From: Saccostrea echinata
Taxonomy: Eukaryota
Assembly (NCBI RefSeq): GCF_033153115.1
Contig: NW_026889761.1
Location: 8,308,001-8,372,000, forward strand
Reading direction: 5' to 3'
DNA length: 64,000 nucleotides
Numbering within the stretch: the stretch's first letter is position 1; each line of letters starts with the position of its first letter. The position numbers were made by a program, and so were the translations under genes. Positions 1 through 14,600 of the stretch are shown here, one piece after another. The notes below the pieces were generated by a model, which saw only the letters and a program-made list of their open reading frames with translations, had not been told where the DNA came from and searched no databases.

Positions 1-19
1 ATCCTTTACTCTTTAACAG

Positions 20-110
20 GTCAGTTATACAAACATTCAAAGCTTGGACGATGGACAGGAGTTGCTGTTAAAAGTGTACAGCTTGAATGTCGCCCCAGTG
101 GAGAATCCAA
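20..110 (+). CDS. Exon 1 in window (LPD_N beta-barrel)
   Basis: cag| VSYTNIQSLDDGQELLLKVYSLNVAPVENP |gtgagt; phase 0 to 1. Confidence 0.85.
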
Positions 111-2563
111 GTGAGTTTTTAAGGATTACATCTGTTATTTCGGTTGATAGTACGCTGCCAATGTATAATACTAAATTAATTGATCTAATTACATCATCTA
201 TGTTTATTAAGTATCAATTGTACTACTTTTAAATTTTCTTTTTTAGATACCAAGGGCATCGATAATGACTTTTCAAAATGGTAAGGAGTTTACTGCAATT
301 TGTGTATGGAGTGTTGCCAGGTCGTAAATTTTGTATTTACTGCCACCCGATAATTTCAAAATTTACAATATGACAATACTCTATACACAAGAAGCCTTAT
401 TCTTAAACTTAAGACAATAATTTTTGGGTCGCCATGGAAAGAAATCACAATATAGTACATTTGTAACTATATTTTGGAAAACCTGAAGTGGAGTGGGCGG
501 GTAGGTGGGTTTATCAAGACATGTGATGTCGCTGGCATACAAAAATCTACCTGCAATCCTAAATCTTTTTGGACAAAAACTTTAATCAGTTCGCACATTC
601 AAATATGGCATTACACTTTACAAAGTATTGTTTACATCACTTTACAAAATATTGTTATATTTTTAATAGGTTACTTTTTCATTACAAAAATATTCAGCAA
701 TTAAACCTAACCCTTGGTACCAATATATGTTTTACAATTATATGGTTAACATTTTATGATGATTAACATACTGTTTGTAGGCACAGTATTTTCATGTGAA
801 GTGATGGAGAATTCCTTGTTTTAGTAATCTTAGCTGAATTTTGAATACACCAATTTAAAATCATTTTATTTAATATCATTCCCAAATGATTGTCCCGTTA
901 TATNNNNNNNNNNNNNNNNNNNNNNNNNNNNNNNNNNNNNNNNNNNNNNNNNNNNNNNNNNNNNNNNNNNNNNNNNNNNNNNNNNNNNNNNNNNNNNNNN
1001 NNNNNNNNNNNNNNNNNNNNNNNNNNNNNNNNNNNNNNNNNNNNNNNNNNNNTCAAAGAGCTAGAGCCACGAACCATCGAAATGTGCCTTAACTCCAAAA
1101 TTAATGAGAATTTCAATATAGATAGTATAGACTTTTAGCTTTTCATTACTGTTTTTCATTTTTAGATATCTATCATACTTTTTCAAGAAGAGATTTTACA
1201 GTATGGCATTGTTTTGATTGAAATTTGCATGAGGAACGTCATTATTTGTAACGTAACGTTAAATGCTTTACATCGTTACGTCGTTAATAGATTCCATTGC
1301 AATCATATAAACTATTACAAAAAACCTTAAGATTGGAATAGAGAAGTATCTGATCAGCATCATGATAGTTTATCAATATATTATAAAAAGAAGACCTGTG
1401 TTGATTTCATATTGCAATTTAAGATAACTGCTCGCGAGTGTAAACTGGTTGCATTATATCCTATAGTACATGTAAGAATAATCGGTGTCCCCTAGACTGT
1501 GTATTATTTTATGAAAGTACACATAAGTCCTAGTTATGTATAAAAGTATCTAATACTATAGACATATGACTTACTGCTACATACTACCTTAATTTCTGAT
1601 AAAATAAATTCTGGAAAGCTTTATCTGATCTGGATAGAAATATAACCGCAAACACACGTTTTCATATGAAAGTGACGTCCAGTGCGGTAATTTTCAAATC
1701 CTCTTCCTAGCGAGAATCTGAACCTATAAAGAAATTCAAATTGAATTATTAGAGGAGAGTAGTTTTGTGAGTGTGAAGAACTTGTTTCCGATTCATATGT
1801 GCGTTTTGACAATGAAGTATATGTAAACAATTGAATGCCTCGCCGATTTCCTAAAAAAAAAATTTTTCTTAAATGGTCACCATGCTCATTCAATTGTCGC
1901 CCGGGAAATAAATAAAGTAAACAATGGAAATGAGTCTTGATCATCAAAACGCTTCGATATGTGTGAAAAAGGCATGCGTCTAAATGATGGAGACGATAGT
2001 CGAGAATATTTTGAAAACTTATAGTCGGATGAAAATCGAACAAAAACGATACCCTTTTAAACTTTATCAATTCCTCAAGTAAATGTTGGCTGCATAAAAT
2101 TTAATTTGAAACCAGACACATGCATCGCCTATTTTCAAAAACTTTCACTTTAAGAATATAAAACACGAACTGTGTAAAGTACATTTTTACGTTTTTATGC
2201 GATAAGTAAAATTCGATGTTATAAAAAAAGGGACCTGTCGTTTTTTCGATAGTAAATGATAAGTAACTTTATATATTAAATATGAAAAACATATATATTT
2301 TTACAGATTCACTTTATGGAAGTAAATATATTGTGTATCTCGTAATTTATAAAGGGAAAGAACATTCTGATTAACAATCTTTTTAATGTTTAGAAAACCT
2401 TTAATTCTGAATAACTTCTCCCACCTCAATCCCCATATACCAAACTTAAACTTATATGTATAGAGCAGCCCGGTCCTCCGGGCTGCAATGAACACTGAAA
2501 CCTAATTTTATTTCTATTATGGAAGTAATTCAATTAGTTCGCGAACTTTTTAATAACCCCTCG

Positions 2564-2625
<62 letters not shown>

Positions 2626-5600
2626 ATGTTATTAAAATGAATACATTAAAAATGTTGAATATTGTAATAGATAATTGTATAAAACACAACATTTTGCCAC
2701 TATTGCAAAAGCAGCATTTCTCGGTTTTTACTTTTCAATCAATCAATATTATGATTTGTATCTTTTTTCACAATACAGATTCACAAAATGTAATTACGCA
2801 GAATGTAATAATCCAATTTTTAATTGCATTTTCTGTTATTACATTTTGCGTTAATCTCCAAGCAAAATGTAATAACGCGAAACGTAATAATCCTAAAAGT
2901 TTGTTGTATCATTTTCTTTATTACATTCTTTTTTCATTCTTTATTTTCAAAAATACAACAGGAATTGGGATGAAATATCCTGAGATATTCCAGATTAATC
3001 CTCACCTATGTTACCAGGGGCCCATTGGATTTGGATATATTATATTATAGATGTGTCATATACATACAAACATAAACATACGTAAACATGTAATATTTTT
3101 TTAAATCTGAATAATAACATTTCTTTATATATCGTTATTACATTCTAAGTTGATCCCGAGACGCAAAATATACAATAACACAAAATGTAATAATCCCAGT
3201 TTATTACATTCTGCGTTCTTATTTAATTTTGTGTTGTAGGCTGTTTTAGGAAAAAAGTCCAAAAGTGGCGCACAAATTGCATGTATAGCTCTATGATCTA
3301 CCGCATATAATTTTGTTCGAATTGTACAGCTAATGTAAAGCAGTTTAGTTTGAATGCTTGTACATCTATAACAAATTAGCTTTTTAAAGAGAGCTTAGAA
3401 AGTGAGCAAGTGAGTTTTTCTTTTTCTGTGATATGGTTTTAAAGCATTAGGAAACTGAAATTTTGTTGAAGGAAAATGTTTTCAGCATTTATATGCTTTC
3501 CATAGGGAAAAACATCAGAAAAACAAAGAATGACAGGAAATTCAAAGATTATTCAGTCACTTCAGAATTTTTCCATTAATATGAAAATATAAACATACAG
3601 TGCTTTCTGTTGCTAGTATATGCAAGAGTTTATTGCGTTTTAGTTCTTCAAAGAAAGGTAACTCAGGTATAAACAATGAAATTAAATTGGATTTTCCACA
3701 AAAATCAAAGAAAGGCTTTTTCATATGTTGAAAACTTAAGAGTTTCATTATCTGGATTGCTGAACTTCTCCTCCAAAAAAAAAAAAAATTGCAGAAATTC
3801 CAGCTAAAAAGTACATTTGTTCATTTGTGCATATTTTGCATTGAAAAACACCAAATTTTCATCAAAAGTTATCTTTTTGAAACCTCAATAATATATTCTA
3901 ATTTTTTTGTCTTAGTACCTCTGATGGTACCTTCATTTTAGATTAAGAATATCTTGAAAAATTATATACAGGTATTGTATGGTGCGCATGACCATAAGAT
4001 GAAAATCAGCATGATAAAAATGTTCGACTAAAATAATACTGATCATAATTTTAACTTTGTTATACGAAGTTTTCACAGTTTTATGAAATTTTAAGGTACA
4101 ATAGATGAAAAGAGGGAGGATATGTAATAGGGTGTATATAAGACAATGAAAGACGGTTTATTAAATAGGGTATGTAAGTAGATTCACTCAAATCACAGCT
4201 CGATGACGAGCAATAATTAAGTTTGACGAGAAGGAAATTCTCTAATGAAAATTTGACTAAATTAATACTTAAATGTGTTTGTATTTGTAGGAGGGATTTA
4301 ACTACACTCATGAGTGCTAATTATAAAGTTGAGTTTTACTTATAAAATCATTGAAATTCATAATCTTCTAGGGGTCTTCGCCTCACCTGGGTTCCCCAAA
4401 AGGGCTTGCCTCTCAAAAAAAAACGCACTCTTTAATCCTTATTCCTGGATCCGCCCCCAATAGAGCATCATCTCGGGTTTTCCGTCAGTGGTCGGAAAAA
4501 ACACAGTTGTTTTCCGCTTGTCGGAAAGGCCCAGGAAGTTGCGATTCTTGAGTCACATAGGAATATTTTACTACCTATGAAGTATTTCTTCTGAATCAAT
4601 ATAAATCGGGGCAAAGTTATACCAGAAGTTGAAAGGCGAACTCTTATGTCGGGGTTAAGGAAGCTCTAAACACTAATGCAAAATGCTTTTTGGACTTCGA
4701 GAAAAATATATCATATAAGGTGCACATGTTCAGTGTATCTAGTTCATTTTTAGCATAGGGTACCTGTCTTATTTCTGCAGAAGAAATGTTCAAAGACAAT
4801 GAACTATTTGTGAACAGAAATCACTGTTGTTTACTTGCATCGGTAATATTAATGGAAATAATGTATTCAATTACTTAATCTCGGTCTAACATAACATTAA
4901 GAATACTTTAATTCATGAGAAATTGTGCCATTTACTGTAGATTCCCATTTATTCTATTTTTCTTCTAAGGGCAGATCACTCTAACTAAATAAAACTACCC
5001 TACAAATAGAACTCTTTAGTGTGCAGTGTTTAGAGCGTCCTTACATCATGCTTTCTTTCAAAGAACGAAATTAATTATGCCTGAAAATAAATTTGTACTT
5101 GTGTCAACAAAACAGGTTTTCTTTTGTGATATCTACACGAGGAGTGGTGGATCATGTATATCACCCAAAGGGAGAAGAAGACGAAGTGGTGGCCACCAAG
5201 AAAGGTCTAGCTTCCTTATTTGCCGCCAAACTTCATGAATTTGGTGAGGTACAAGAATATAAATTAAAGTTTTTAAAATCTAAGCCAAAAGAAATTGCTG
5301 AAATTGATACTTTTTAACAGATATCATTACTGTATAATAAGACGGTAGGTTGTACAGTTGTCATCTTGGATTTCAGGGTGCGCCTTGGTTCACACATGAT
5401 TTTAATCAATAATTACACTATAACGACCACGGTCGGGAGAGATCTAGCTTCAAAAATGATTGAATAATGCCCTTCAATCGTGTGAAACTAAATAAATGTA
5501 ATTGAAATACAAATTCTAACTCATGTTTATCTTTGTAAACTACAACACGGAAAAAATTGATCAACAGTCCAAAATTTTGTGTTTTCTTTTCTTTACCTGT

Positions 5601-8600
5601 ATGAAATAATACAAAATGATTCAAACTGTCATCATTTTAGAAAAGTTGTGCTATGTTACGAATGTTGATGAACTAGCAACCAGTAAGAATATAGCCAATA
5701 TAGGTCACCAATATTGCATTAGAGAGACTCAAATCATCATTTAGTATCAAGAATGTCATGCATTTCTGAAAGTCTACTTAAAGTCTAAACTTAAGATAAC
5801 ATGGATTTGTATTAAATTTATAGGGACAAAGTGGAATGAAATACGATAGACTCTGAACAAGTCATGAATTGGAAAAAGGGGATACTTTTTTTATAAGTTG
5901 ACTTAAACCTAATGCAGGTCTAGGCGGCCTCTGTTTTTGGAGGAAAGCTAGATTCAATATGGCGGCCAATTTTGTTTTACCATATGGAAACCGCATTGCA
6001 TTGTGAGATAGTTTATCCTCCGATTTTTGAGGATAACACAGGAGATTTTCAAAAGCCCCGTATCTAGCTACTTTTAATAAAAATGTGCAAGCACCAGAGT
6101 ACATGTAAATAAAAGTTCAAACATTAAACTATTGATTGTACGTGGCGATTTGAGATTCTATATCTAGAATTTTTACAATACGCTTCAAAGTTGACACTAC
6201 TTGCGCTTCATTTTTACTTAATATTTCTTGGTATTTTGTTTTATTTTTATGTTTTTCCCTATCAAGACAAATAAATAAGGACTTAAATAATATTACTTTC
6301 ATATTTTCTTTCAATTTAAAAATAGCGAGAAAAAAGGAAACTCAGAAGGAAAGTACAAATGTGATGTGTTAAAGGATTATTTATTAAAAGAAATAATAAT
6401 TGATTTTTCAAAAAATTGTTTATCAAAATTTGCAAACATATAAATACGGTACCGGAAAATCAGCCTCATTATAAAATTTTATCGTCTGGGACAGGTAAGG
6501 GTACTCATTGATAACTAAACATTAAACTGAATAACTTACTGACAGTAATTATAAGAATAATGTTATATAGATTTAACATCTAAATTTATCCATCATCATA
6601 TGAAATTTTACCTTTTTTTTGTTTTGGTTGAAAAATCAGTGACGGTTCATAAATGAAAGAGTTGCTTTATTTGTTTGTTTACGAGTTAACTGTCCTTTGT
6701 TTTGAAAGGTCTGGATGGTGGCGACACCTTTATCCTCTGTTTTCAGCGGATAAAATCTATCCTCCAAAAACGGAGGCCGCCCAGACCTGTTATATGTAAA
6801 TGTAAGGCTTCAAAGAATAGTTAGCAATGAACACCTGTTGAAGTGTTCAGATAAAATTGAGTTAAAATGGCAGATCGATCTAGAGAGAGGTCATTTTTTT
6901 CTCTTTACTTTGCCCCTCCCCTCCTTTTTTTCAAACAAAATTGATAACAAAAAATAATAAATTATCATTTTCTACGTTAAAAAAATTATAAAAAGAAATC
7001 TGCAGACCGACACCTTGAGGTTAGATTTACAGATCTAGAAGAGTACCACATGTGGATACCAAATGGTATTTTTAAAATAGGGTCTGTATCTAAAGTTGTA
7101 AACTTAGCGACCGTAACAACTTTAAAGACAGTTCTGATGACAACCGTCTCTGGACGAAACCGGTCAACAAAATAAATCTACTGCTACATTCTCACAAAGT
7201 GATGGTGATCTGTTTTATGTCTTTAAGTCTTTAAATATTTTTGTGTTGATAAAACAACCAAGCATTTACTGAGTTTGAATACTTTAAATTAATTAAGTAT
7301 TAAACACTGCCTTTCTGAGAGGTCTTGTAATCCTGGACGCCTCAAATTCTCTTATTGCCTTTGTCTAGATAATACTTGATGAAACTAGAAAAACGTGTCA
7401 ATTTTATTTACATTTAATTTCATGATTTACATAGATAATTTTTCACAGAAAAAGACTTATCTCTAACACATCATTTGCCAATCAAATAGAAAGTATATGG
7501 ATATTTATTCACAGCACGGTAGTTGAAGGTAATTAATTTAAGGCAACCAATCAGAGCTGAGTTAGGCACATGAACAGAATTTTGTAGTCATCATTTCTTA
7601 AATATAATGTTAAAGTACAGAAATATGTTTTAATACCAGAAAAAGTTATCGTGCTTTGTACTGACTCTCCGAAAGAACACGCCCGTCCAAAATAGCAACA
7701 CTATCCCTTAGCTACTTGAAGATCCTTCAATTAGCCATTGCTTTTTTATTTAAAATAGGTTAAAAAAACAGTCCTCTTACTTGGCAACATCTTTAAGTTT
7801 TACCAATGAATTAGAACTTTTAATAATAATACATTATAAAGTGCTTAATATTTATGTTGTTTAAGTTACACATTTTTCTTCTTCAGATTCCTGGAAATAG
7901 AAGCAGTGGTGCTTTTACTTACCATATTTTTGAAAATGGAACTGAAGGTTTGTCCTCATATACAGAGAAAGACTGATTCTCATGATTACAAAATGAAAGA
8001 CAGTATTACACATAGAATGCATATGCCTAAAAATCTTAAAACAGCATACTGTGAAATTATTAATTTTTGTGAGGGTAAAAATTCTTGTGTTTTTGTGGTA
8101 TGGAGACACTCACAAATTCATATGTTTCAAACAAAATGTTAAAATTTTAAACTACAGTATCATGTTTCTTCATCTACTACAAAATCAAATACCCTCAAAC
8201 CAATATCTTTAACTCAAACCAAAAAAAAATCTCTTACCCCATGAGAATAAATGATATACATGTACAGTAAAAGAAGGTCTGAATTGTAGCTTGATTTTGA
8301 ATATTTCTTATTATTCAGAGAGATATATTAAATGCCTGGTTTACAGAGAATTCATATTTAATGATAGGAGGGCACAATGCTACATACATGGTATCTCCAG
8401 TGAAAGAGGGTTTAGAGTTCAAAAAGACAAGGCTCCAACATCCTGTGAAGAATGCAAAGGCATCATTTCATAAGGTAAAATTATCATACAAATAAAATAA
8501 AGACTTACATATGTATTATAATGATTATCTTCAAACAATCTGGTTAAAGACTTGAAAATGCAAGAGATTTACTAATAATGACAAGGATGGGTGAGAATGT

Positions 8601-11600
8601 CTCATTAGCATATTACCCTTTTGCTTTTGGTTCAATATGGCCTTAAACAAGGCAGTGTCCTTATCTAAATTTTGTTTAGTTCATGTCCTATTTGTATAAA
8701 ATGGATCCACAATACAGGGACAAAATTTTACTTTCTGGATTACTTTAAGAACAGTGGTTTACATTTGTAAAGTTTATAAGTAGATGTTCCCATGTAAAGT
8801 TGCTTCCACTTGGTTCAGAATATGACTGTTGGACTTTTACCTACAGTATGGAAGAATATCTATTCAATTTTTACTTAAGACATTTACTGATTTGTTTTAT
8901 ATATTTTCTCAATTACAGATGACACTTTCATTCAAAAAATTTACTGATTTAGTTTAAACAACAGATGACATTTGTAGAGTTGATCTATAAAATTTGTGAT
9001 TACTTTATAATATGCTATTTTTTTTTAAATTTTAGACTATGATCTACCAAGCCTACCTTGAAACTATTCATAGTGTGCTTATTGAAGAAAATTTTACATC
9101 TCCTAAAACACCTCCAGGGTGAGAGATAGAGAGCATTTATTTCAAACTTTTAATATAGTTAAAATTGCCATATTCACACACAGTATTAAGGAAGATCTAA
9201 ACACCAACAATCAAGAAAATTTAAGACTTTTGATAGAAATATATACTACAGAATTTACAGGATCACCTTAAGTACCAAAAAAACCTACCAGAAGGCTCTT
9301 GCATGTAGTGTTTAAAGCTTCCTTAAGAGACTAACCACTGCCATATGTGACCGTAAAAATCCCTCTCAAGGAATTACCCTATACATTGTACCTGCATTGG
9401 AGGACTCCCTGTCAGATTCTACAGTGATTTTTGCAACTTTTGCCAATGATTTTGTGCAATTATACTGTGATTTAACAACTTTTAAATATTTCAATATAGG
9501 TCGAGCATGTCAAGATTGTTGGTTCAGACCCGTGTTTATATTAGTTTTCAAATCGGTTGAAAATCAGAATCGTTTAAAATGGGCAGCATCCGTTGACTCT
9601 GATCAACTGATAATCGACCAATAATCAAATCGTTAACCATTTGTATAAAATAGGCACTAAACTTTATATATATCATAGAAGAAAGTAAAAGTGTATCACA
9701 CAGTTTAAAATTCTAAATACAGAATGCAGTTTGATTAACAATTTCAGTAACACAGATTTTTACATGATTAAGATTTACTTTAAAAAAAAAACAAGTATTG
9801 ACAGAGTTTTAATCAATGTGATCACCTAGAATATAATTAATTTTTTTTACTACACAGTAAATAAAGCAAATCCGCATGACCCATGTGATTTCATTTAAAT
9901 GAAAGTGAATTTTCCTCCAAAATTTTGATAACCAATTTATTTAATTATACAATCAGTTTTGTTTCTTCAGCTTAGAAATACAATATCATTGTAATCATTA
10001 TCTATTTTTTGGAAATTCAAGCGTAGTTGTCCTTATCTGTAAGAAAACCAGCTTACTGTATCAAAGCAGATGATATGATAAACAACAAATAAAAAAATAT
10101 TTATGGCAGAATTATGATAATTTTTTTTTCTTGAAATAAAAGCGTGAAAACAATGAAAAAGATTAGTGCTGTATTATACTGATTATAATCAATTGTTAAA
10201 TCTCTAATCGATTGCTCAGAATTGATGAGCTTTCCGATCGATGATCGATTATTAATCAATCATCGTGACAATTCATTTAAAAAAATTATATATTGCGGGT
10301 TTTACAAGAAAATCAGCAATTCAAAATTGAAAAAAATATTAAAATTTTAGATATTAACATTCTCATCTTAAAGCACCAATTTTGAAAATATAGGTTTAAG
10401 ATCTATTCCGATTATACATATAGTATTTCGATCATAAACGTTATCCAATTTGTTCTATATATAAGGACCAACTGGATGATAACATGAGTAAAGCTGGTAT
10501 ATTTTATCTCAACTTCAAACTAAATCTTTTGGGGGTTTTAAGTGGGTCATGTCACTGTTAGATTATGTAAACACATTTATGGTACAATGCAGCTAGTTCC
10601 CTCACCGGATATTTATTTTTGATGTAACTGGTGACAAATAAACAATCAGAGTTAAAATTAGTCATAAGAAATATTTAAATAGATTGAATATGTTTTTAGT
10701 CGTAAATAATTTTATTTGTCTCCAAATGCAAAAATTGACAGTTTTAATTCTTTACTCAGAGCAAAACATGCAAAGTTATACATGCACATGTATATCATAT
10801 AAAACAATTTTATTTATCATGACTTTTTTTCTATCGTGAAAAATCTTAACAGCAATTTTCTTTTTGTGTGAAAAAAATCTCAAATATACAGAAGCCCAAT
10901 ACTCACCGAAAATCAAATGACTTTTGTTCAGAATAATTGCTCCCCAAAATAGACAAGGAATTTNNNNNNNNNNNNNNNNNNNNNNNNNNNNNNNNNNNNN
11001 NNNNNNNNNNNNNNNNNNNNNNNNNNNNNNNNNNNNNNNNNNNNNNNNNNNNNNNNNNNNNNNNNNNNNNNNNNNNNNNNNNNNNNNNNNNNNNNNNNNN
11101 NNNNNNNNNNNNNNNTTGAAATATTTTCCATTGTTCATTTGTTTCTAGAATAAGTGTATTTATTTGAACTGTGGAATATAAGCAATCAGTATTAAGAAAA
11201 CACCTGCCATATGATGTGACCTTTCTCCTTTGGATGGTCTCTTAATACAGATTTGACTGTACTTTATTTCCTTGTACTTTAAGATTTGATCCATTTCATG
11301 GCATGAGAAAGGTAAAGGCTGTAAACGACTTTAGTAAAGAAGGTAATTTGTAACTTTTTATGTGCCTGTTTAGATTAATATTTAATTCAATGCATAGTTA
11401 AGAATTTATTTTGAAAAATGTGGGAAACTATTGCATGTAAGAGAATAACGCTTTTCTACTTATGTATGTTTATTGTAGAGTATCCTACAATGTCTTACAC
11501 AAGTCAAGGAAAGCTTAGTTTCCTAACAAGACACGTGGACAAGAGAAAATGGATGAAGCCAAGTGAACAACTTCTGAAATCACCAATACATATTGGCACT

Positions 11601-14600
11601 GTAAGTGTCTTCTCTAGTTGAAATGTCCAAGAAAGGATAAATATGAAGTGTGATTTCAGGATTCACCCGTTATGCAAAATTAATTATTCCACGTTTCCAA
11701 CTGTCGTTGTTGTCCCTGGCATACCCAACAAACTACACTGTGATTCCTTATATTTACATTTATATGTGAAATAAAAGTGCTAACAGAAAAACATGTTGTC
11801 TAATAGTTTAAAATTATGGCAAGCCCTTTTACTATTTATTCGTAAAAAAATTTTTCACTCAAAATTACAGAGATATCTCTTATTTTAGAGAGATATCTCT
11901 TAAAAAACAGAGATATCTCTCAACTTAAAGAGATATCTCTCAACTTAAAGAGATATCTCTCTAAGAAAGAGATATCTCTTTCACTTAGAGAGATATCTCT
12001 TATACTAAGAAAGATATCTCTTTCACTTAGAGAGATATCTCTTTCACTTAGAGAGATATCTCTTCCACTTAAAGAGATATCTCTTTTCCTTTGAGAGATA
12101 TCTCTTTCGTTAAGAGAGATATCTCTTAGCGTTAAAGAGATATCTCTTTCACTTAGAGAGATATCTCTTTCACCTAGAAAGATATCTCTTTTACTTTGAG
12201 AGATATCTTTCCAAGTTTAAGAGATATCTCTCAAAGTAAAAGAGATATCTCTCTAAGTTTATCTTAAGAGATATCTCTCAAAGTGAAAGAGATATCTTTC
12301 AAAAGTGTCCAAAAGAGATATCTCCCAAGCAAAAAGAGATATCTCCCAGGTAGCACAAAACATTTCCAAAACATTTTATTGCAGTTATAAAAAAGTTTTT
12401 TCAAAACATTTCAGAGTAAACATTTTTAAAACGTTTTAAAAACATTTTTCTTTCCCATTGTAACATTTTAAAAACATTTTTACAATGTTTTCAAAAAGGT
12501 TAAAGTAAAATCTTTAAGGAACATTTTAAAAAATGTTTTTGAAACGTTTTAAAAATGATTCCAAAGGTATGTCTTGTTTGCATATATTAAACAGTTTCAT
12601 ATTACGTTATAAAAATGTTTTTAAAACATGAAATAAAACATTCCTCTTCTATATATATGAAACATAGTAATGTTACGTTTCTAAAACATTTCGAAGGAAC
12701 GTTGTCAAAATGTTTTTAAAACATTCTTAATATTGCTTATAGTTTAATATTTAAATGTTTCAGTGTTGGTCGTGAAAATGTTTTTAAAACATTGAACAAA
12801 ACGTTTTCTCCTCCTACAACTGAAACATTTTATTTATAATTTATGCAACATTCTATAGAAACATTTTCAAAATATTTTTAAAACATTTATATCATTGTTA
12901 ATATCAATGCATTTGTTTATTTTCAAAGTATGTTGTAAAAATGTTTTTAGAACATTGACTATAACGTTTATCCTTTCAAAGACTAAAACATTTTATTTAG
13001 CATTGATGCAATATTTTGTAATGTAATTTTCAAAATGTTTTAAAAATATTCAATTTTTCCCGAGAAAGTTTCTGAAAAAAAATATATAGAATATCCAGAG
13101 AGGATTGAGATTAAATGAAGAATTGTTTTTAAAAATGTTCCAAAAACATTATCCCTGTATTTTTCTTTCCTTTTTTCAAAAATTCTTATTGAGTTGACAG
13201 ACATGTAATCAATATAAGGTTCACTGAATAAACTAAAGATACTTTAGTTTAAAAAAGAAAACAAAATAATAAGCAAACTGTTACAATGATTAACACGGCC
13301 TGATTTTTGACGATCTCGTCTGTTTGCATCATATTTCCTACACGCCAAGGCAGCAGATTAGGAGTGGCCTGGTCAGTTTCAGTGTCATGATAACCTTGTT
13401 ATGCAATTCTCCTGCTGGGCAGCGCGTTAGAGTGTTCAGTGGATTGCAGCTTATCTAGGCCAAAATTTGAATTCTGGTAAACAGGATGTGCGCGTTTTCT
13501 TGTTGCTGATTTTCAAACAAGATTTTTGCATCATATAAGCCAGAGGAATTAGCGCTGGATTATTAACACCTGCCTTGTGAGTATAATTTCATCAGAGATT
13601 TCAAAAGATAATTTTTATAAGTGACTTTTCTGTTACCAGTACATCATTGTATTTTTGTATGCATATGTGTAGCAAAAACAAAGCTATTATGCATTTGAAC
13701 TGAATAGTTTAGGCAACAACAAATATACCTCCTTGTCTTATGTTGATCACAACTCTTTATATCTTAATACTGAAACATGAAATCATATTGCAGTTAGATG
13801 ACAGTTCCATCAACAGACTTGAATTTCATTCAAATTGCCACATTTGGAAGAACCGCCACTAGCTGATAAAAGCAACTCTTTGGTACGTAAATATAATTGC
13901 TCTTAAATAATATTATTGTGTTTTAGTTATGAACATGCAGCAACTCTAATTCTTTTCACTAATGTAAATGGGAAAATTTCTTGTGATTTTAAGATTTAAA
14001 AAATGTTCTTGTATATTTTCATCATTTAAAGATCTGATGTAGACGGATGGCTTAAACACCTTTATCTCTATGTTTACAGGTTCTGCTTTACAGAAGAAGA
14101 GCTTCTTGATTCAATTCAGGACAGACTTCTTGTGAACTTGATCAATGTGTGCGATTCCATTTATATAATAGATCCGCCGCTCTGTGGAACTTACACATGT
14201 ACATGTAGATACATGTTTTTTGCGGGATCGTAAATGATAACAGTGATCTAAGCCTGTTTATTCTTTTTTGTGTGAAGGATTTATGTGATTCTGTTGTTTT
14301 TTAAATTCAGAGAATGGATTTTTATTCTTTAAAAATACCTGTTGGGTTAAAACAGAATAACTCAGAACTTGTACCGGAAATGGAACTATAATATGTTTTT
14401 CATATTAAATAAGGATTTGTATTAAAATTTGTAAAAAGTGAATTCATTCAGTTGTGATTAATTCTTTGAGAGTTATAATTAAGATGAAATGTATGAAAAG
14501 CCATTTTAAAGTCATACAAATTGATGTTGATATCATTTAATGAAAACGTAAAGTGACATTTCAGGAAAGAAACGTCATTGCAACATTTGGGTAAAATGTT

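Noticed and set aside
5377-5445. Possible extra exon after TTTCAG
   Set aside because: It has an in-frame TAA in the required phase, and exon 3 already joins 7887 in frame.
904-11115. Missing exons hidden in the two N gaps
   Set aside because: The flanking exons join in phase with plausible continuous protein. A symmetric exon cannot be strictly excluded.
11869-12344. CRISPR-like repeat-spacer array
   Set aside because: The repeats are 12 bp with 8-9-nt spacers, mirrored at 22668-23048 inside TIRs in a eukaryotic intron, with no cas genes. These are transposon subterminal repeats.
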